Positions 1-14,473 of a DNA stretch of 64,000 bases are shown here, in pieces. The first letter of the stretch is position 1; the number at the start of each line of letters is the position of its first letter. The notes beneath the pieces are model-generated. The model saw only the letters and a program-made list of their open reading frames with translations. It ran no database searches and was not told the origin of the DNA. The stretch comes from Pocillopora damicornis (lineage: Eukaryota): positions 124,001 to 188,000 of the forward strand of contig NW_020845923.1 of assembly GCF_003704095.1 (NCBI RefSeq), given 5' to 3'. Position numbers and translations under genes: made by a program.

Positions 1-400
1 TATAAGATACATGTATAAAAAAAGTGATGGGTCATTTGAATTTATGAGCAATTGCTACTGAGCTTAGGAAAAAAAATGGCTTTTTGGTTTCCCTTGTCTT
101 GTTGCGTCATCCTGTATTACATATCAGGTGGTATACAAATTGTGCTAGTGATTTGAACAGACAGAACAGGAAGCAAATTTTATGCTGTTAATACTGATTA
201 CACAATAAAATTGTCATGCTGAAGATAAGTAAGATGTTTTCAAGCCATTTTGTTTAGTTCTTCCTTTTTTGTAAGTTGGTCAAACCAGGATATGTTATAA
301 TGTAATCTTTTGAGCACTCCCTTAACCTTATCTGATGAGATTACATTTTACAGGCTTACACTTAGAAACATGAACTAACAAACTGTACATTAATTTTCAG

Positions 401-3400
401 GAGTATGAATTCCAAGTTAGATGGCCAACCGTTAAACTTCTTACTGTGTTACTGACAAACAAAAGGTAAAAAACTAAAGACAACCTTATCTTAAATTTTC
501 ACCCATATACTGTACAGCCTGTATTACTGACTCCTTTTTTGTACACATAGTACTTTACATATACAGTATATTAATAATTTTGGTGCATTTTTACGGATTA
601 ATGAACAGTTATTACAATAATAATTTAAAAAATAAGTTGTACAATCGTGTAGCTTACATTACAACTCAAAAATGCATAATTTGACAATGCAATGCAATTC
701 AATCCTTTGAAGATTGAGGCTTGAGGCCAGGTTTGAGCTGTTCAACCAAGTTTCAAGATGCACTATGTTTCAAGCATCTTGAAAACACAAATGGAGATCC
801 TGGAAAAGCTCTTTAAGAAACTCAATCCTTGATTTGTGATCCTTAATTCTCTAAAGTTTCAAAGTTCAAGAATCAAGTTTTGAGCTGAGACTGTCTACTA
901 TCTTCTGAGGAGTTCTGTTAATAGATCCTTAATTTATTTTGATTGATTTTGATTAAATTTTCAGTTATCAACTGCAGCAGTGCATTCTAGTAAGCCCCAT
1001 GGGTAAGTTGAAGAGCAACACTTGTATATGCCATTTCACCCCTAACAACATAACCTTTTAGTTCTCTTATTGAAGAATTGATTGGACAGTGTGACTGACC
1101 ATCATCAGGCCTGCTGCAACCCATATACTGTATGAAGGGCTTGTTCAGGGCTCTCAACAGGTCTTCACTGCACAGTACCTGTGCCTGCCACAAGTCTATT
1201 TATATGTTATGGGTGGTTGTATGGAAGACTCATGCATTGTACATTGCACATGAGTGATTGCAACTTGAAAATATTCCAGGACTCCATTGGTTTTACCTTT
1301 TGTTTTATTCTGGCCAGTCAGATGCAATTACATCATGCTCACTCTTATTTTCTTGTGCTTGATGTTGAGGCACTGGAGGCTCACATTTTCTTGCACTTGC
1401 TCTGAAACTTTGATTTTGAGTTCTCACTGGCTTCTTATGATAACTTTTTTCCTCAAATAAGAACATACAGTCAAATAAGCACCCCCCTGACTTAGGCCAT
1501 AATGTCAAATGAGTGTCCCTCTCAAAAAGTGTCACCCCCTCCCCCCTCCTATTTCACTATTTTATATACTAGTAGGGATACAAGGAAACATGTTCCTAAT
1601 GCCACCCTATTAAAACCTTTTGAGCTTCTACTACAGCTGAACCAGTACAGGAGAAAAGTCTCTTTTTTGTTCAAGTTCTTTCTATCCCCATATGGTTGTT
1701 TTTCTTTTATATAATTGTGTTATCAGTACTTTAATTTTTGTCTTATTTCTGTACCAACTTTACAAATGCTCCCTCAATCAAATCACCCTCTTTGCAACAA
1801 GCGCCCCTCATTTTAGCCAGAACTTTTAATAAGTGCCCACCTTCTATTCAAGGAAATACACTAGCTCTGAAGTAAATTGTTTGCAGTTGTTTAAAATGCT
1901 TTTTCTCTTCTGAATTGTTGATCAAGTCTTCTATTGAGAGGAACTTTGTTTTTATTTTGTTTTGTTCTGAAGGTGTATCCAGACTAATGGACTTACTGTC
2001 AGACAGTAGAGAAATCATTAGAAATGAGGTACAGCTCATGTTTATTCCCATATAAGGAATAAGGTTTTTATAATTTTTATGAAGTTGATTGCAGCTTCAA
2101 GTAGGTAAGGCTGTTTCTAAGGTGATGAATAAGACAATATATGTCTGTAATATAATTTGTACATGTGCATTGTATTAATTGGTCATTATGGTACTTACAG
2201 CTGTGCTCAAGGAAAGAGACCAACTGGGTCTTTTTGATAACATAAACTATTTCCAGAGTAAGTTGTGTGTCAAACTGTAACTGAAACAATCTGCATCAGT
2301 AGTAGATTGCTTTTTTATCAAAAAAAAGATCTTCCTTCCTCTTCCACTTGGGAAGTTTAGAGAGCACTCAAGAAGCTAGAGTTGTTCTCAGCTACGCCTC
2401 GAGCAACTCTCATGCATCTTTTGTGCTTTCCAAACTTCCCGCCTGCTTCATATCTTGATGAATGCATGCTGACGTATGAACCAATTGTTAATTGGAAGAT
2501 GAAAACTAATAGTTAAGCACTCAATAAGTAGTTCAAGATGCACATGCATCAATGAATACAAAAATGTATGTACATGTAGCTAGGAGATTTGTCATCTAAT
2601 GCATTGTATATTGCCTTTTTCAGGGTCTCTTGTTGCTAATACAGCTTACCAAGTCTAATGCTGCTATCCAGGTTGGAGCCAGATTTCATCAGTTCTGTGA
2701 ACTGTTTCAATCTTTGCATATGCACAATATATGTATAAAGTACAATCTACAATCTACAAACAATAATTATATGTTTTTTTTTCTTTCTTTTGTCCCCCTT
2801 CAAATAGAAAATTGTTGCCTTTGAGAATGCATTTGACAGACTCCTTGAAATCATTACAGAGGAAGGTTACAGTGATGGAGGTGAGTGGAGATGTAACTAT
2901 GGCAGAAAAGTTTTGTGCCATTGCATTGTATGGGTTGTGGTTACTTCCGAGAATTTCCAAGAACAATCCTATCTGTGAGAGCTAAAATCCCAGTTGATCT
3001 TGCCGTCATGGTTGCGGAGGAGCTAGATTTTTAGCTCTGTTTTGTTTTGTTTTAACATTTACATGTATACGTATATAAACTAAGGTATATTTTATAACAC
3101 AGAAGTGTTCAATTTGGTTGCTGAAATGACACTGACTTATCAGTGTGAAAAGACCACAAGTACTTAAATTTTTCTGTACAGATTGTATGAGTGCAATGCT
3201 CTTTAATAATCCATTGACATTTTAAAACCATATGTGCATCTATGTGTGGTAAAACAGCTATGAAGACATAATGATTGCCCCCAGAATATTCTTCTGTGAT
3301 TACTTAATCTGTACTATTGAGTACCTCTGAGCTGTTTTTTCATCATAATGTGATACAACGTACATGTACATTTGAAATCTTTCTTGTTCTCATGCATATT

Positions 3401-4748
3401 GCTGGACAATGACAATAGTTTTTCTGGTGCCATGATAACTTTTCTTGCAGCCTCTGGTATTTTTAAAAAATTTAATTACAACAAATCACTATGGGTGTAT
3501 TGTTCTAAATTATATATGATCAGTAAGCTAAGGTTTTCATTACATACTGGTAAGGATCCAGTGTGTCCCTGAAAAGCCCCAATGGGAAGAGGTCAATAAA
3601 ATATTGCTAATATTGCATTGTAAGTTCCAGGGTAATTCCAAAAAAATTTCAGTTACTTGAAATACTTGATTTGCTCTCTTGCAGGAATTGTAGTGGAGGA
3701 CTGTTTGCTACTGATGCAAAATTTATTAAAATTGAATGTTTCAAACCAAAACTTCTTCAGAGAAGGGAGGTATGAGATTATTTTTTTTGTTTGTTTGTTT
3801 GTTTTGAAATTGTTTTTTTTTGTAATTGTTTGTTTTGAAATTGTCTGTTTTGTCCCTTTATTGTTACTCACTGTGATGTTGCTGTTCTGGTGGTGGTTGA
3901 TGTTATTGATAGGTCTGGTTTTTTTTTGTTTTAGTCTTTTGACATTTTACACCCAAATATCAGTATTGATATTCTCCATATTAATTTTGTCTTTATACTT
4001 TTCCTTTGGTACTGACAGGGAGAATCCATTTATTTAACAACCACAGTTTCTTAGGTTGGGAGTCACTTCTTTCATTCTCATGATCTTAATGTATGACTCA
4101 GCAGTTTTACTATCAGGAGAAATTAGATGCTGGTCGTGCTTAGGGTTTAAAAGGGTTCATTTGTGGCTGCAGTTTATTCTTTTTTTAGTGGATGTGTCTG
4201 TGCTTGTTTGAAGTGATGTGTTTTTTTGTTACCCTTTGTGTGATTCTTTTTGTCTGTTTTCAAATCTTTCTTAGCAACAACTATATAGGAATATACCATT
4301 TATTGAATTTGTTTTAACTTTTCAATATTTTTCAATTGTTGTTGTTACCAACAGTTATGTTCAAAGACTTACTGCATTCTTTGAGTTGGATCAAGTTTCT
4401 TCACCGGCCACTCCTGGTCAGTCTTCTTCTTCTGTATTGGTCAATTTTTTTTTGTCTTTTGCACACAAAATCCCTGGCATTTTTCAATGACAGTTCTACT
4501 TGTAAGAGCCATGCAAATCTTTCACAAATAAAAATATCCATATATTATCCATCAAACTGGTAATGAGAATACTCAAAATCATCAGGTAACAAAAATACTT
4601 GTAGCTTATTTTAGAGGAAATCTGTAGCAGTTAGAGGGAGAATTTACAATCACATCTTGGGAGTTTAAGGGTTAATAGAATTTAGTAACATGTAAAAGAC
4701 AGCAGTGGTTTAAGAAGTTCTCAAGTCAAGCTTAATTATTTTATGAAT

Positions 4749-4789
<41 letters not shown>

Positions 4790-7700
4790 GGGGAGAGTAT
4801 AGCAGGTAATTTAGCATTAACAACTGAAAACGTAAATTGGCCACTGTAAAGAGTAAAAAAGCTGACGTTTCGAAAGTTAGCCCTTCTTCAGAGTGATAGA
4901 AAAAGGGCTAACGCTCAAGATGTCAGCTTTCTTACTCTTTGCGATGGCCAATTCACATTTTCAACTCAGTTGTTATCACTTAACTACCTTATTTATGTTA
5001 TGTTTGGAGAAAAAGCTCCTTGCATTGCTCTTTAATTTATGCAGCAGTTTCAGTGAACTGTTATGTAATTTCAAACTGGCTGTATTTATGATGCCTTATC
5101 TTCTTGCAGAAAATCAAGACAGTACATGGTCAACACAGAAAGTGTCAAATATCAAGCTTATGTTGCAGGTGAAACAAGGAAAGACTACATTATGTATAGA
5201 AAGTTGTTAGCAGAGCAGGAGGTGGTGTTTAAGTTACTCAGTACAGTTGTATTTCTCAGTCAGCATCAAACAGAGTTTTGTCTGTTGTTTAGCTTATCAG
5301 CCTTGTGGTCTAAGTTGACCAAATGAATTAGAACCTGCTACTAAAATGGTTTTATCATGTTAGACATTTTTGCTGAGTATTTTGACATGTTTTGCTGTAT
5401 GTTGACAAACTCCCAGGGAAAGTTGAAATACAAACAACTAGTTATCGATCTAATTCTAACAATTAAATTATTGATATCAGGGCTTGTATTTTTTTTCTTT
5501 TTCAGCTTGTCAGAGTGTTAGTTTCTCCAGACAATCCTCAACAGGCCACAGCCACTTGTCAAAAAATAATGAACCAATGTGGTGAGTGCCATAATACTGC
5601 CTGCTTGAAATGACCATCAATTGGTAAAATGTTAAAGCACAATACAAATTTACTGTATAGTTACTGTAAGAGTGATGAACAAATACTCAGTTATAACCTC
5701 AGTTGTACTGTCAGTACCTATTGCATATTGGTCTGGATAATTGAGTCTTGTAACATGGATGAGAAACAGCTATGATGACAAAAGGATTGCCCCCAGAATA
5801 TTCTTCTGTGATTACTTCAAATCCATACTGTCAGTCTCATTGTCTGAGCTGTTTTATTGTGAGTTTTCCAATTATTTGAATGCTCCTGATAAAACCAGGT
5901 CCATTCAAAGACTGGTTATCAACCGTGACTAATTTGAATTTTATTTCACAATTATCTACTTGGAATGGTAGAGCATGTCTTTACCTATTGACTTTCATAT
6001 TGTTACTCTCCTTCACCCAGGTTAAAAATAGTCAGTAAAGAAGCCTGGTGGATTGTTCAGGGTTATCTTGTAATTAATAAAAATTCTTTTCAAAGCGATG
6101 GGGAAGGGGATGAAAGTGACAGTGCACAGCAACTTGTGAAATCAGGATATATTCCAGCAGCTGTGGGAGAAAATTTAAGCAGACTTAACGTTGATAAGCT
6201 TTACATAAGCTCACGTTTGCCAATTATTAATTTCTTTTGTCTGCATTAGGATTGTTGAGGTTACTTTGTGGTATACTTATGTCAACTGGAATTCCTGCCG
6301 ACATCCTCACTGAGGTAAAGTACTTAGTGATGTACACTTTATTATAAACATTTACAGTTGCATTCATAAGCCTATGTTATAAAGAATACCTCCAAGAAGC
6401 TAGAAATCTGTTGCACACTGTGGTAGGCAACAAATTTTAGTCATGAGTAATGATCAATGTAGCCTTTAATTTGCCACTGAAAGCTAAACAAGTGATCTGC
6501 AATAATTTTGGGGCAAGTGGAATATGCCTTTGGCACTTTCTTTGTCTGGCTTAGATTTTATATCATATTTGCATTTGTGGTCAGATAAGACTGTCTTATG
6601 AAATGTTAAGTTGAGGCCGTTTATTAATGCGATTTTTGTAATGTTCCTTCATTGAATCAATCAGACTATCAACACTGTATCAGAAGTAATCAGAGGATTC
6701 CCAGCAAATCAAGAGTACTTCTCTCAAGTGAATGCTCCTTCAAACCCCCCTAGGTAAGACACTGTCATTTTGGAAATGTACCATGTTTTTTCTCTATCTC
6801 TTTTTTTTTTTTGGCACAATTCCACAACTTTCTCATTAATATTACTATGTACGCATTGCATGCTTACGTTTTTTTTTCCAGTCCTGCCATTGTTGTCCTT
6901 CTCATGTCCATGATAAATGACAAGCAGCCGTTCAACCTTCGCTGTGCTGTCTTGTACTGCTTTCAGGTAAGTTCCAATCTAAGTCTTGTGTTAAACATGC
7001 TTTACAAGATGTCCGTAGGAGTAACTACTACAATGAAATTTAAAAAAGAAAAGTTAGTTGAAGGCCGTATGAATGCAAAAATGCTTATAGGTACTGCCAC
7101 TGAACAGGCGTTGTATTAAGGAAAGCAATTGTTTTGTTACGTGGGCAAATATAATTTTATGGAATGTTCAAATTTCAAATCCCATTCTCCTTAAACCACT
7201 TGACAGGGCCACCTCCACTTGCTGGCTCAACTTGATCCATTGTAATATATTTTATTTTATTCATATACTTTGATGACGTTGGTTTTTTTTGTTTCTGAAC
7301 AGTGCTATCTTTACAAGAATGAACAGGGACAGAATGACATTGTGACAACATTGCTACCATCTTCAGCTGCAGCTGGTAAATATTAAGAAATATTTACCAG
7401 ACTCATTCTTACTTTCCTCGTTGATCGCTTTTATGGTTTATTTGAAGTGAAATTAAGAATGGGGTGCGTTTAGATTGAGTGTTACAATGTACTTGCAAAT
7501 TTGACCACAAAGCAGAAACGAGAAGTGTTATCAATTATTCTCAAGAAAGTACAGGAGACTTTGCTTTTGTGGCTGCTGGTTTTTCTCTTTGTCTCGGGAG
7601 GTTGCCCCTCTGAAGATGTTAGGGTTTATTGCTAATGTGTTTGTCCGTTTATGGTTAATAGACATCTTTTTAATTTCTTTCTTTATTTTGCCTTTAACTA

Positions 7701-10700
7701 CGCCTTATTTTGACTTTTGCTTCATTTCTAGCCAGTAACATTTCTGCAGGACAGCTGCTTTGTGCTGGTTTGTTCAGGTAGGTATTGCAAAAAGCTAAAC
7801 GGAATGTGTGCTTCTACAACGCATACCACCGATAGTCTGTGTCAACTTCAGTTATACCAGTTGGTTCCTGACGCCCTTGAGCTTCAAAGTTGTATCATAA
7901 ACTTGGAACGCTAGTCTGCACGTTGCCCGAATATCAGGCATATAGAAGTTACGCCCGTTAGCCTTTATTGATATCCACAATCACGCTTCCAATCCAGCCT
8001 TAGCGTTGGATTGCATTGAACTGCGTGAATTTCGTGACTGCCCATTTTTTTCCTCTAATGAAGCGCTTTCTAGACGCAGCCATATAATTCTAATCTAAGA
8101 ATCTCGGACTGACTATTATCGTTTCACACTTTCACTATTTCTGTTCAGTCCAGACCCTCTGTCCAACTGGTGCGCGGCAGTAGCTCTTTCTCACTGTCTA
8201 AAGGGTAACCCCACCCAAAAAGAACAGCTTCTCAGAGTACAGCTGGCAACCAGTGTGGGTGAGTCTTAAATTCTCTTTACCGATTTCGGAGGTGTTCTTG
8301 CGTTTAAGTTGGGAGAAATTCGTTTTTGGTATGACTCAGATGATTCGTATGTTGAATGAGGAATTGATCCTTTCTCTTAAAGTGCAAGTGCAGAAAGTAT
8401 AGACTGAGAGAAAAGCAGGCTTCGATGGGGTGTTAATCAGTGCTTTCCAGATATGGGTAATGCCCACTAAGCCACGTTTTCATAGCGAGACAGATGTTTA
8501 GTTCGTTTGTTTGTCTGTTTGGTTTTTCCCTGCAAGTGACTTTGATCACAGATGAAATGTGAAATGTATTTTACTTGACTTGCGGATAACAAGTGGCGAA
8601 TGGATCCTGACAAATGACTTTGAAAATCATTTGTAAAAATGTCTTGGTAGTGTGTAAGCTCTAACAGATTCTTTGTCATTTTTAGGAAATCCTCCAGTTT
8701 CCTTGCTTCAGCAATGTACCAACATGCTCTCACAGGTAACCATGACTAATGTTCCTATAGCTGGATTTAAGGTATCATTAAGAAGACCGTGGTGGTAAGA
8801 TAAGGCATTGCTACCCAGAGGTTATATATAGTTGTTAAAATTTTTTGTTTACGATTACTTGAATTTTTTCGCAGGGTGGAGAGATACAAACACGTGTTGG
8901 TTTGTTGTTGTTGCTGTGTTCGTGGTTATCCAATTGCTCCTTGGCCGTGTCTCATTTTCTTCATAATTCTGCCAACATTCCATACGTATCCTTTGGCTAC
9001 TGAGCTGTGTCAATGAGAAAATAGAAACTGGAATTGTTCAAAGTAGCTTCATATGTAATCCTCAACAGGAAACGTGTACTAAGGTGACAGGGCACGCGTG
9101 TCATGACACGGTGCGTTAAGCGTGTCACAAATTTTCAGATATGTGCATGTTGAATACGCAAAAAAAGACAGAAGCGGTGACTCGCGATAGTCGCTCTCCG
9201 CCTTTTGTATTATTTGTAACAGGCTGGAACTGAAAAGGTAAAGGAAGAAGGAAAGTTCAAATTTTGAGAACGTGAGGCATAGTCGGAAGTGCAGTCGTCG
9301 GCTTGCCTTTCTTTATTGGCATCTGCATTACGAATGAACAGAGTCCTCTTGACAATGGCGACCACAGTTTATCTTGGGAAAAAATTAAACTTCTCAGTAA
9401 GTCTGTAAATTTCCTATCATTGTTGTCTTCTCAAAGCTATTCCTAGTCTCCTTAACTGCTGTAAGCTGATGGCTCAAGTCGAGGCTCATGGCGAGGAAGC
9501 TGACAGACTGGTTGGAGCTCTCTGTGCTCTTCTTTTAGGGATTTGTTTGGATAACAACGACAATTCAGAAGCTACATGTCAGAAGTAAGTCAGCTCTCGC
9601 TCTTAACTCTTTCACCCTAACATCAGTATGTATATTCTCCATACTGTTCTCTATACATTTCTTAAGGTGCGGACAAGGAGAATTTGTTTACCAATCAAGA
9701 TCGAGAGTTTTTTTAGCTGATGATCATTTTCTTTATTATTGGTACCTTTATGTGTTTTTTAGGGGTGATACTGTAAGGAGGGGCCTGGTGCTAGTCACTC
9801 TTAGGGGGTGAAAGGTTTTTGCGTGCTACGGTGAAATGTCTCTCACGAGTTATCGAAAGAGATCGGGAAAAAAAGGGCCGCACAACGAGACAGTTGTATG
9901 ATATATTAGACACACAGTAACTGTAGACTATACCTTTTCTACAGGGACGATCTTCGAAACTTAATAATCAAGAGAATAGGGAGTGACAACCTTTTGGACA
10001 AAATTAGTTTTATATCCAAGTCTGAGTTTTTCACGGCTGCCGTCAAATCTCCTGAGGTAAGATGACTTTGCTATGTTCAGTGATATTTTTTTTGTTTGCT
10101 TNNNNNNNNNNNNNNNNNNNNNNNNNNNNNNNNNNNNNNNNNNNNNNNNNNNNNNNNNNNNNNNNNNNNNNNNNNNNNNNNNNNNNNNNNNNNNNNNNNN
10201 NTGCCATTAAAATCAAAGAAGGCGGCTATAATTTTCGCCAAGAAAATACTGAGCACTCACCCGCCAAAATTACCCCATCCCCCATCCTTTTATTCCGGAC
10301 TATGATAATTGTATAATATGCAACACCTACATGTAGAAAATGTTTTTTATTTACTTTGAAATTTGGCTAGAAAATAGATAGATTTCTCTACCATATGTTT
10401 CCGCAAGTTTTTTGGACGTAATCGTGCGTAATCGTAAGTCTCATAGCAGTTCAGTCACTGTCATACGAGAGATGAGAGTATTGTGCACGTCCAGGGTGCT
10501 CCCAATATACACCTGCAGCACCTTTGTTTCGCTGGCTTTGGTAACCAATTTTTCTCAATTAACTCTGACTGGTATGACCTTAAAACTTTTATGATGTATT
10601 TTCAGCAAAGCCTCAAAGTTAAGTTTTTGGCAAAAATTAGTAAAAGCAGACTCCTTGAAACTAACTTGAACATTCTCATCTGAAGTTAACTGCACTGGCT

Positions 10701-13700
10701 TTTTCACAAGAACTTGTGGCTAATTTGTCTTTCCTTCACTAATATTGATCATTTCTTATCTTACCTTTTTTTTTTTTTGCTACGATGATGTTGATTTAAG
10801 CCTTTGCTCCTTTTTCCCTTGAAGCTGCTGTGACTAAAGCTATCGAAGAGGAACCTTCACACCAGCAACTAGCGAACCACGTGAACGGGAAACCCTCACA
10901 GGGAATGGAGAACCATGACTCGATCATATCATCGTACAAAGAACTTATTAGAGAACAGGTGAGTGTCACGTGACCCTCAATCAGTCCGGATAGTTCAACG
11001 TTCTCTGTGTGTTGGAGGGTCGGAGAGTTGGTGACTTAGTAATAGTCCATTTTCAAGTTACGTGCTTGGTTGCAAAGCCTTTGAACAGGAGTTAGGCTAA
11101 GGGTTACCTTGTTAAGATACAAGTGCTGCTGTTTTTCAAATGTAAATTACCTTGTTATCATGCTAACTAGATACTGATCTCTCTCACGACAAGGTCACCT
11201 TCAGCTTCACTCCAAATCAAAGGCTTGACACCTAAGTTCACAACTGTAAAATGGCCTCTTAGCGCCTTGGTCGCCAAATAAAGAAAGCCAGATTCCAGCT
11301 CCAGCTAGGGTCACTGTGATGTGCTCTTGAACACTGAACTCACTGAAATATTTTTTCTATATTACCTTTTTATAGTTGTAGGTTGAAAAGCTTCTTTTTT
11401 TATCTGCAGGATGAAGAAATCGGAAAACTGAAATCAAGATACGGTGACATGGAGTCGTCTTACAACCAGGTGAAATACCACGACTTCTTCAGTCCTTGGG
11501 TCGTTTTTTTTTTCGGGCAACCCGCAAGGCTTGCAGGGATATGTTGCATCTTGAGTGACTCTTTAACTCACGGTCAAGCTATCAAGAGTTTGTAAGAGAA
11601 GCAAATTCTTTTGTTAGTACAAATGCCAGCCCATTGTTTGTACATTAGAGTAGGCTTAAGGGGAGAGAAATTACTTGATAAAAGTGCAAGTTGTCAACGC
11701 TGTCTTCTCTCTGACAGGCACAAGCACAGATTCAACAACAGTCTCAGGAGATCCAGGAGCTTCGTGAACAACTCCTTGTGGCTCAGAGTAAGAAGAAATC
11801 TCTTTTCACTTTTCCACTTTCTCGTTTCTTTTTCTTTTCCATTCGTGGAGATAATGTCCATATTTTCTGGTTTATATTGCGCAGCTTTTCAGCCCCAGTC
11901 TTCGGGCGTGACTGAATCATTCTTCACTGAAAATGTGGAATTAACAAATCTTAGAAATCAAGTCAGTGATCTTCAACTAAGTAGAGACTCGCTACAGGAG
12001 GATGTCAAAACGAAAGATGAAAAAATAGGAAAGTTGGTAAGTGCAACCTTAAGATCAAGCTGTCAATTCTGCTTGCTAGCTCTTTTCTGATAGTTTCTTT
12101 TAATGGTAAATACTTGTATCCTTGTGTGAAATACAACTTCTGTGTTCCTTTATCCGACGAAGACATTTCCTCTTGGTTTTTCCTCTTCCTTTCATGCCGA
12201 ACTTTGTTCGAAGCCTCTGCTTTCCCAATACTTACAACTGTCAAATCAGTTTTAAACTGTGCGTTATGATGGAATAAACAATCCGTTCGCGATGTTGAAT
12301 CTTTTGATATAGAGGTTCTGTGTTAATGTACGTCTGTTCCGTAATTTATCACAGCTGACGTCAAACTGTGTTAACTCTTAAACTCCCATGAGTGACCAAG
12401 AAAGAATTTCTCCTCACAATATCAATACAATATCAACCAGATAAGTGATGAGAACAAAGAAAAATATCAATTTGGGGATAATTAATTGATCCGATACTAA
12501 ATTCTTTGAACTACCATTATAAGAATTGTATGGTTGACGGTAGGGAGAATTACAAATTTGATCTGGGAGTTAAAAGGTTAAGAACGTAAGACTGGCACAT
12601 TAGGCGCAGCTGAGTATGTCACTGATGTTCTTACCGCATGTTAACCACGTGCGTGATCTAGTACTACACAGACCCACCGCAACATAGAATATATTTTTTT
12701 GTATAACAAAGAAGTGAAATTTGTGGATTATGACGTCATGTATGAGTCTTTCCTCTAATAGATCATGTGAAAAAACCAATCAAATACGTGTAGAATTAAG
12801 CTTATTAGATATTTCAGAGAGTTTATAGGCAACCACTAATCACAGAGTACGTTGTAATAAATTCATTGTATAATGAAATGTTGGTCTTTGCTGATAATTT
12901 CGTTAGTGGCTGATATCACTTTATCTTATTTTAGGAGAAAGACCTAGAAGTCTGTCAGGCCTCGTTGGCCGTGGCTCATGCAGCCGCTGAGCTAGCTGCG
13001 GGCTCAGAAGCTGCAGAATTCCCATCAGTACCTCTGAGCATTACAAGTCAGCAACTAGAAGAATTAGAACAGCTGAAGCGAAAAGTGGTATCACAGCAAG
13101 AGGAGTTAGACGTGCTTAGAAATCTGAACACAGAACTTGAAAACGAAATGGAAGTGATGGTAAGTAAAAAGACGGGAAAAATTGCACTGACTTACGAGTA
13201 ATTTTTTAACCGAGATTCGAATTCATGAACAACACAACTGACATCACTTAAGTGTTTTCTGTGACCAAAAGAAAAATTTGATGTGGTCAAAGGAAAACCC
13301 ATTGAGATGCAATCTCTATTGAAAGTTGCATTGTTTTTCATCATTTGAATTATATTTAGAGAGAAGAGGGGATTGATACGCCAACGAATAGCACAGATGA
13401 AGTGAAAGCTGAGCTGGAGAAGGCCAGAACGGAAAGCCACGACAAAATAAGACTGTTAGAGGAAAAATTAGCCACCACGGAGAATGAAATGAGCAGAATG
13501 AAAGAGGAAAAGGCAGATCTGGAAAAGGAACACGAAGATCTTTTGGTTATGCTAACTGAACAAGATAACAAAATTATGAAATATAAGGTAATTTTATATG
13601 TGATGTAGATTCATGCCCAGAACTAGAGAATCTTCAAATCTGAGAGTGGCTCGAAGTTACATATCGGAGAAAGGAAAGGCTCTTTCTCTCTTTTTGCCTG

Positions 13701-14473
13701 AATGGCTTTGACATTATTTGAATGAATGTAACTACATTTGACACCTTCGTTCTTAGATTTGAATGTCAGTTTTCCATACTCTCAGGCATTTATTTTAAAC
13801 AACTGAGGTTTGAGAATTTGGTGATGAATCAAACGGTATTCCATTCTTGATATTTCGTCATTGCCTGTCTTTTGGTAGCGCAGTGGTATTGTAAGGAAAA
13901 GTTGATCTTTGTTACTCTTGGGAGGAACAGGGTTAAAAGTATGGAAATCTGTAAAAAGGGCCTCGTAAAGTCAACTCTTACCGATGCTGTAAGGCCTCGT
14001 ATTAACCCTTTCCACACTGACATCAGTATGCATATTCTCCACACTGTTCTCTTTACATTTCCTAAGTTGCTGCAAGTAGAATTTGTTTGGCAATCAAGAG
14101 TTTCTTTAATCGGTGTTCATTTCCTTTGTATTAGTGACCTTAATATGTGATTCAGGGGTGATATGGTAAGGAGAATTTAGATGCTGTCACTATAAGGTGT
14201 TAAAGGGTGAAAAACCTTTGTCGTTTCCCATTTACGCAGAAACTAGCGAAACAGGCTGGACAAGAGGTCAGCGAAGACGACGATGACGGTGATGACGATG
14301 ACGACGAGGAAGAGGAGGACGACGATAACGCGGAGAATGATGACGATTTTGAGAAGAATGATGACGATGAAAATGAAGACGGGTCTGATAACCACGACGA
14401 GAATGAAACAAAACAGGACACAAAACAGCCAAACACGGACGACACAGAATTGGACGATGAAGAACTTACGTGA
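401..14473 (+). CDS. USO1: General vesicular transport factor p115 (USO1), 5'-truncated multi-exon gene
   Basis: Phase-consistent GT-AG exons read by eye: 401-465, 965-1002, 1973-2028, 2624-2671, 2808-2880, 3685-3769, 4355-4416, 5110-5168, 5506-5581, 6250-6314, 6665-6753, 6882-6966, 7303-7375, 7732-7777, 8149-8258, 8686-8735, 8875-8985, 9466-9584, 9945-10056, [one exon probably in the 10102-10201 gap], 10825-10958, 11410-11469, 11718-11787, 11885-12036, 12935-13159, 13360-13587, 14240-14473. The peptides VSPMGVSRLMDLLSDSREIIRNE, KIVAFENAFDRLL, GIVVEDCLLLMQNLLK, QPFNLRCAVLYCFQCYLYKNE and KEQLLRVQLAT match the p115 armadillo head. A coiled coil (EHEDLLVMLTEQD) and an acidic C-terminal tail follow. 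Confidence 0.95.
4745..4990. mobile_element. Second, more degenerate copy of the same Penelope-like palindromic repeat
   Basis: Shares AATAAAGGGG(G)TAAGTTTCTAAAGAAACTG...GCTGACGTTTCGA...GTTAGCCCT with 15335-15480 and has a degenerate inverted arm. Confidence 0.7.
8986..9465 (+). other. U12-type (minor spliceosome) GT-AG intron in USO1
   Basis: The 5' splice site is GTATCCTTT. A branch point TCCTTAAC lies at 9449-9456, 7 nt before the AG at 9464-9465, with no polypyrimidine tract. The flanking exons join in frame (ANIPY|LMAQVE). Confidence 0.88.
9603..9818 (+). mobile_element. MITE family 1 copy
   Basis: Same core and termini as 14002-14210. Confidence 0.7.
12371..12581 (+). mobile_element. 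TTAA-flanked MITE, related family 2
   Basis: TIRs TTAACTCTTAAACTCCCA and TGGGAGTTAAAAGGTTAA. A reverse-complement copy lies at 51733-51942. Confidence 0.7.
14002..14210 (+). mobile_element. ~210-bp TTAA-flanked MITE (piggyBac-like termini), family 1
   Basis: TTAACCCTTT...AAAGGGT termini. The core ACATCAGTATGCATATTCTCC...GAATTTGTTT...GGGGTGATA...AGATGCT is shared with other copies. Confidence 0.7.

Noticed and set aside
3657-4037. 126-aa hydrophobic ORF resembling a membrane protein
   Set aside because: One USO1 exon followed by T-rich intron and a MITE.
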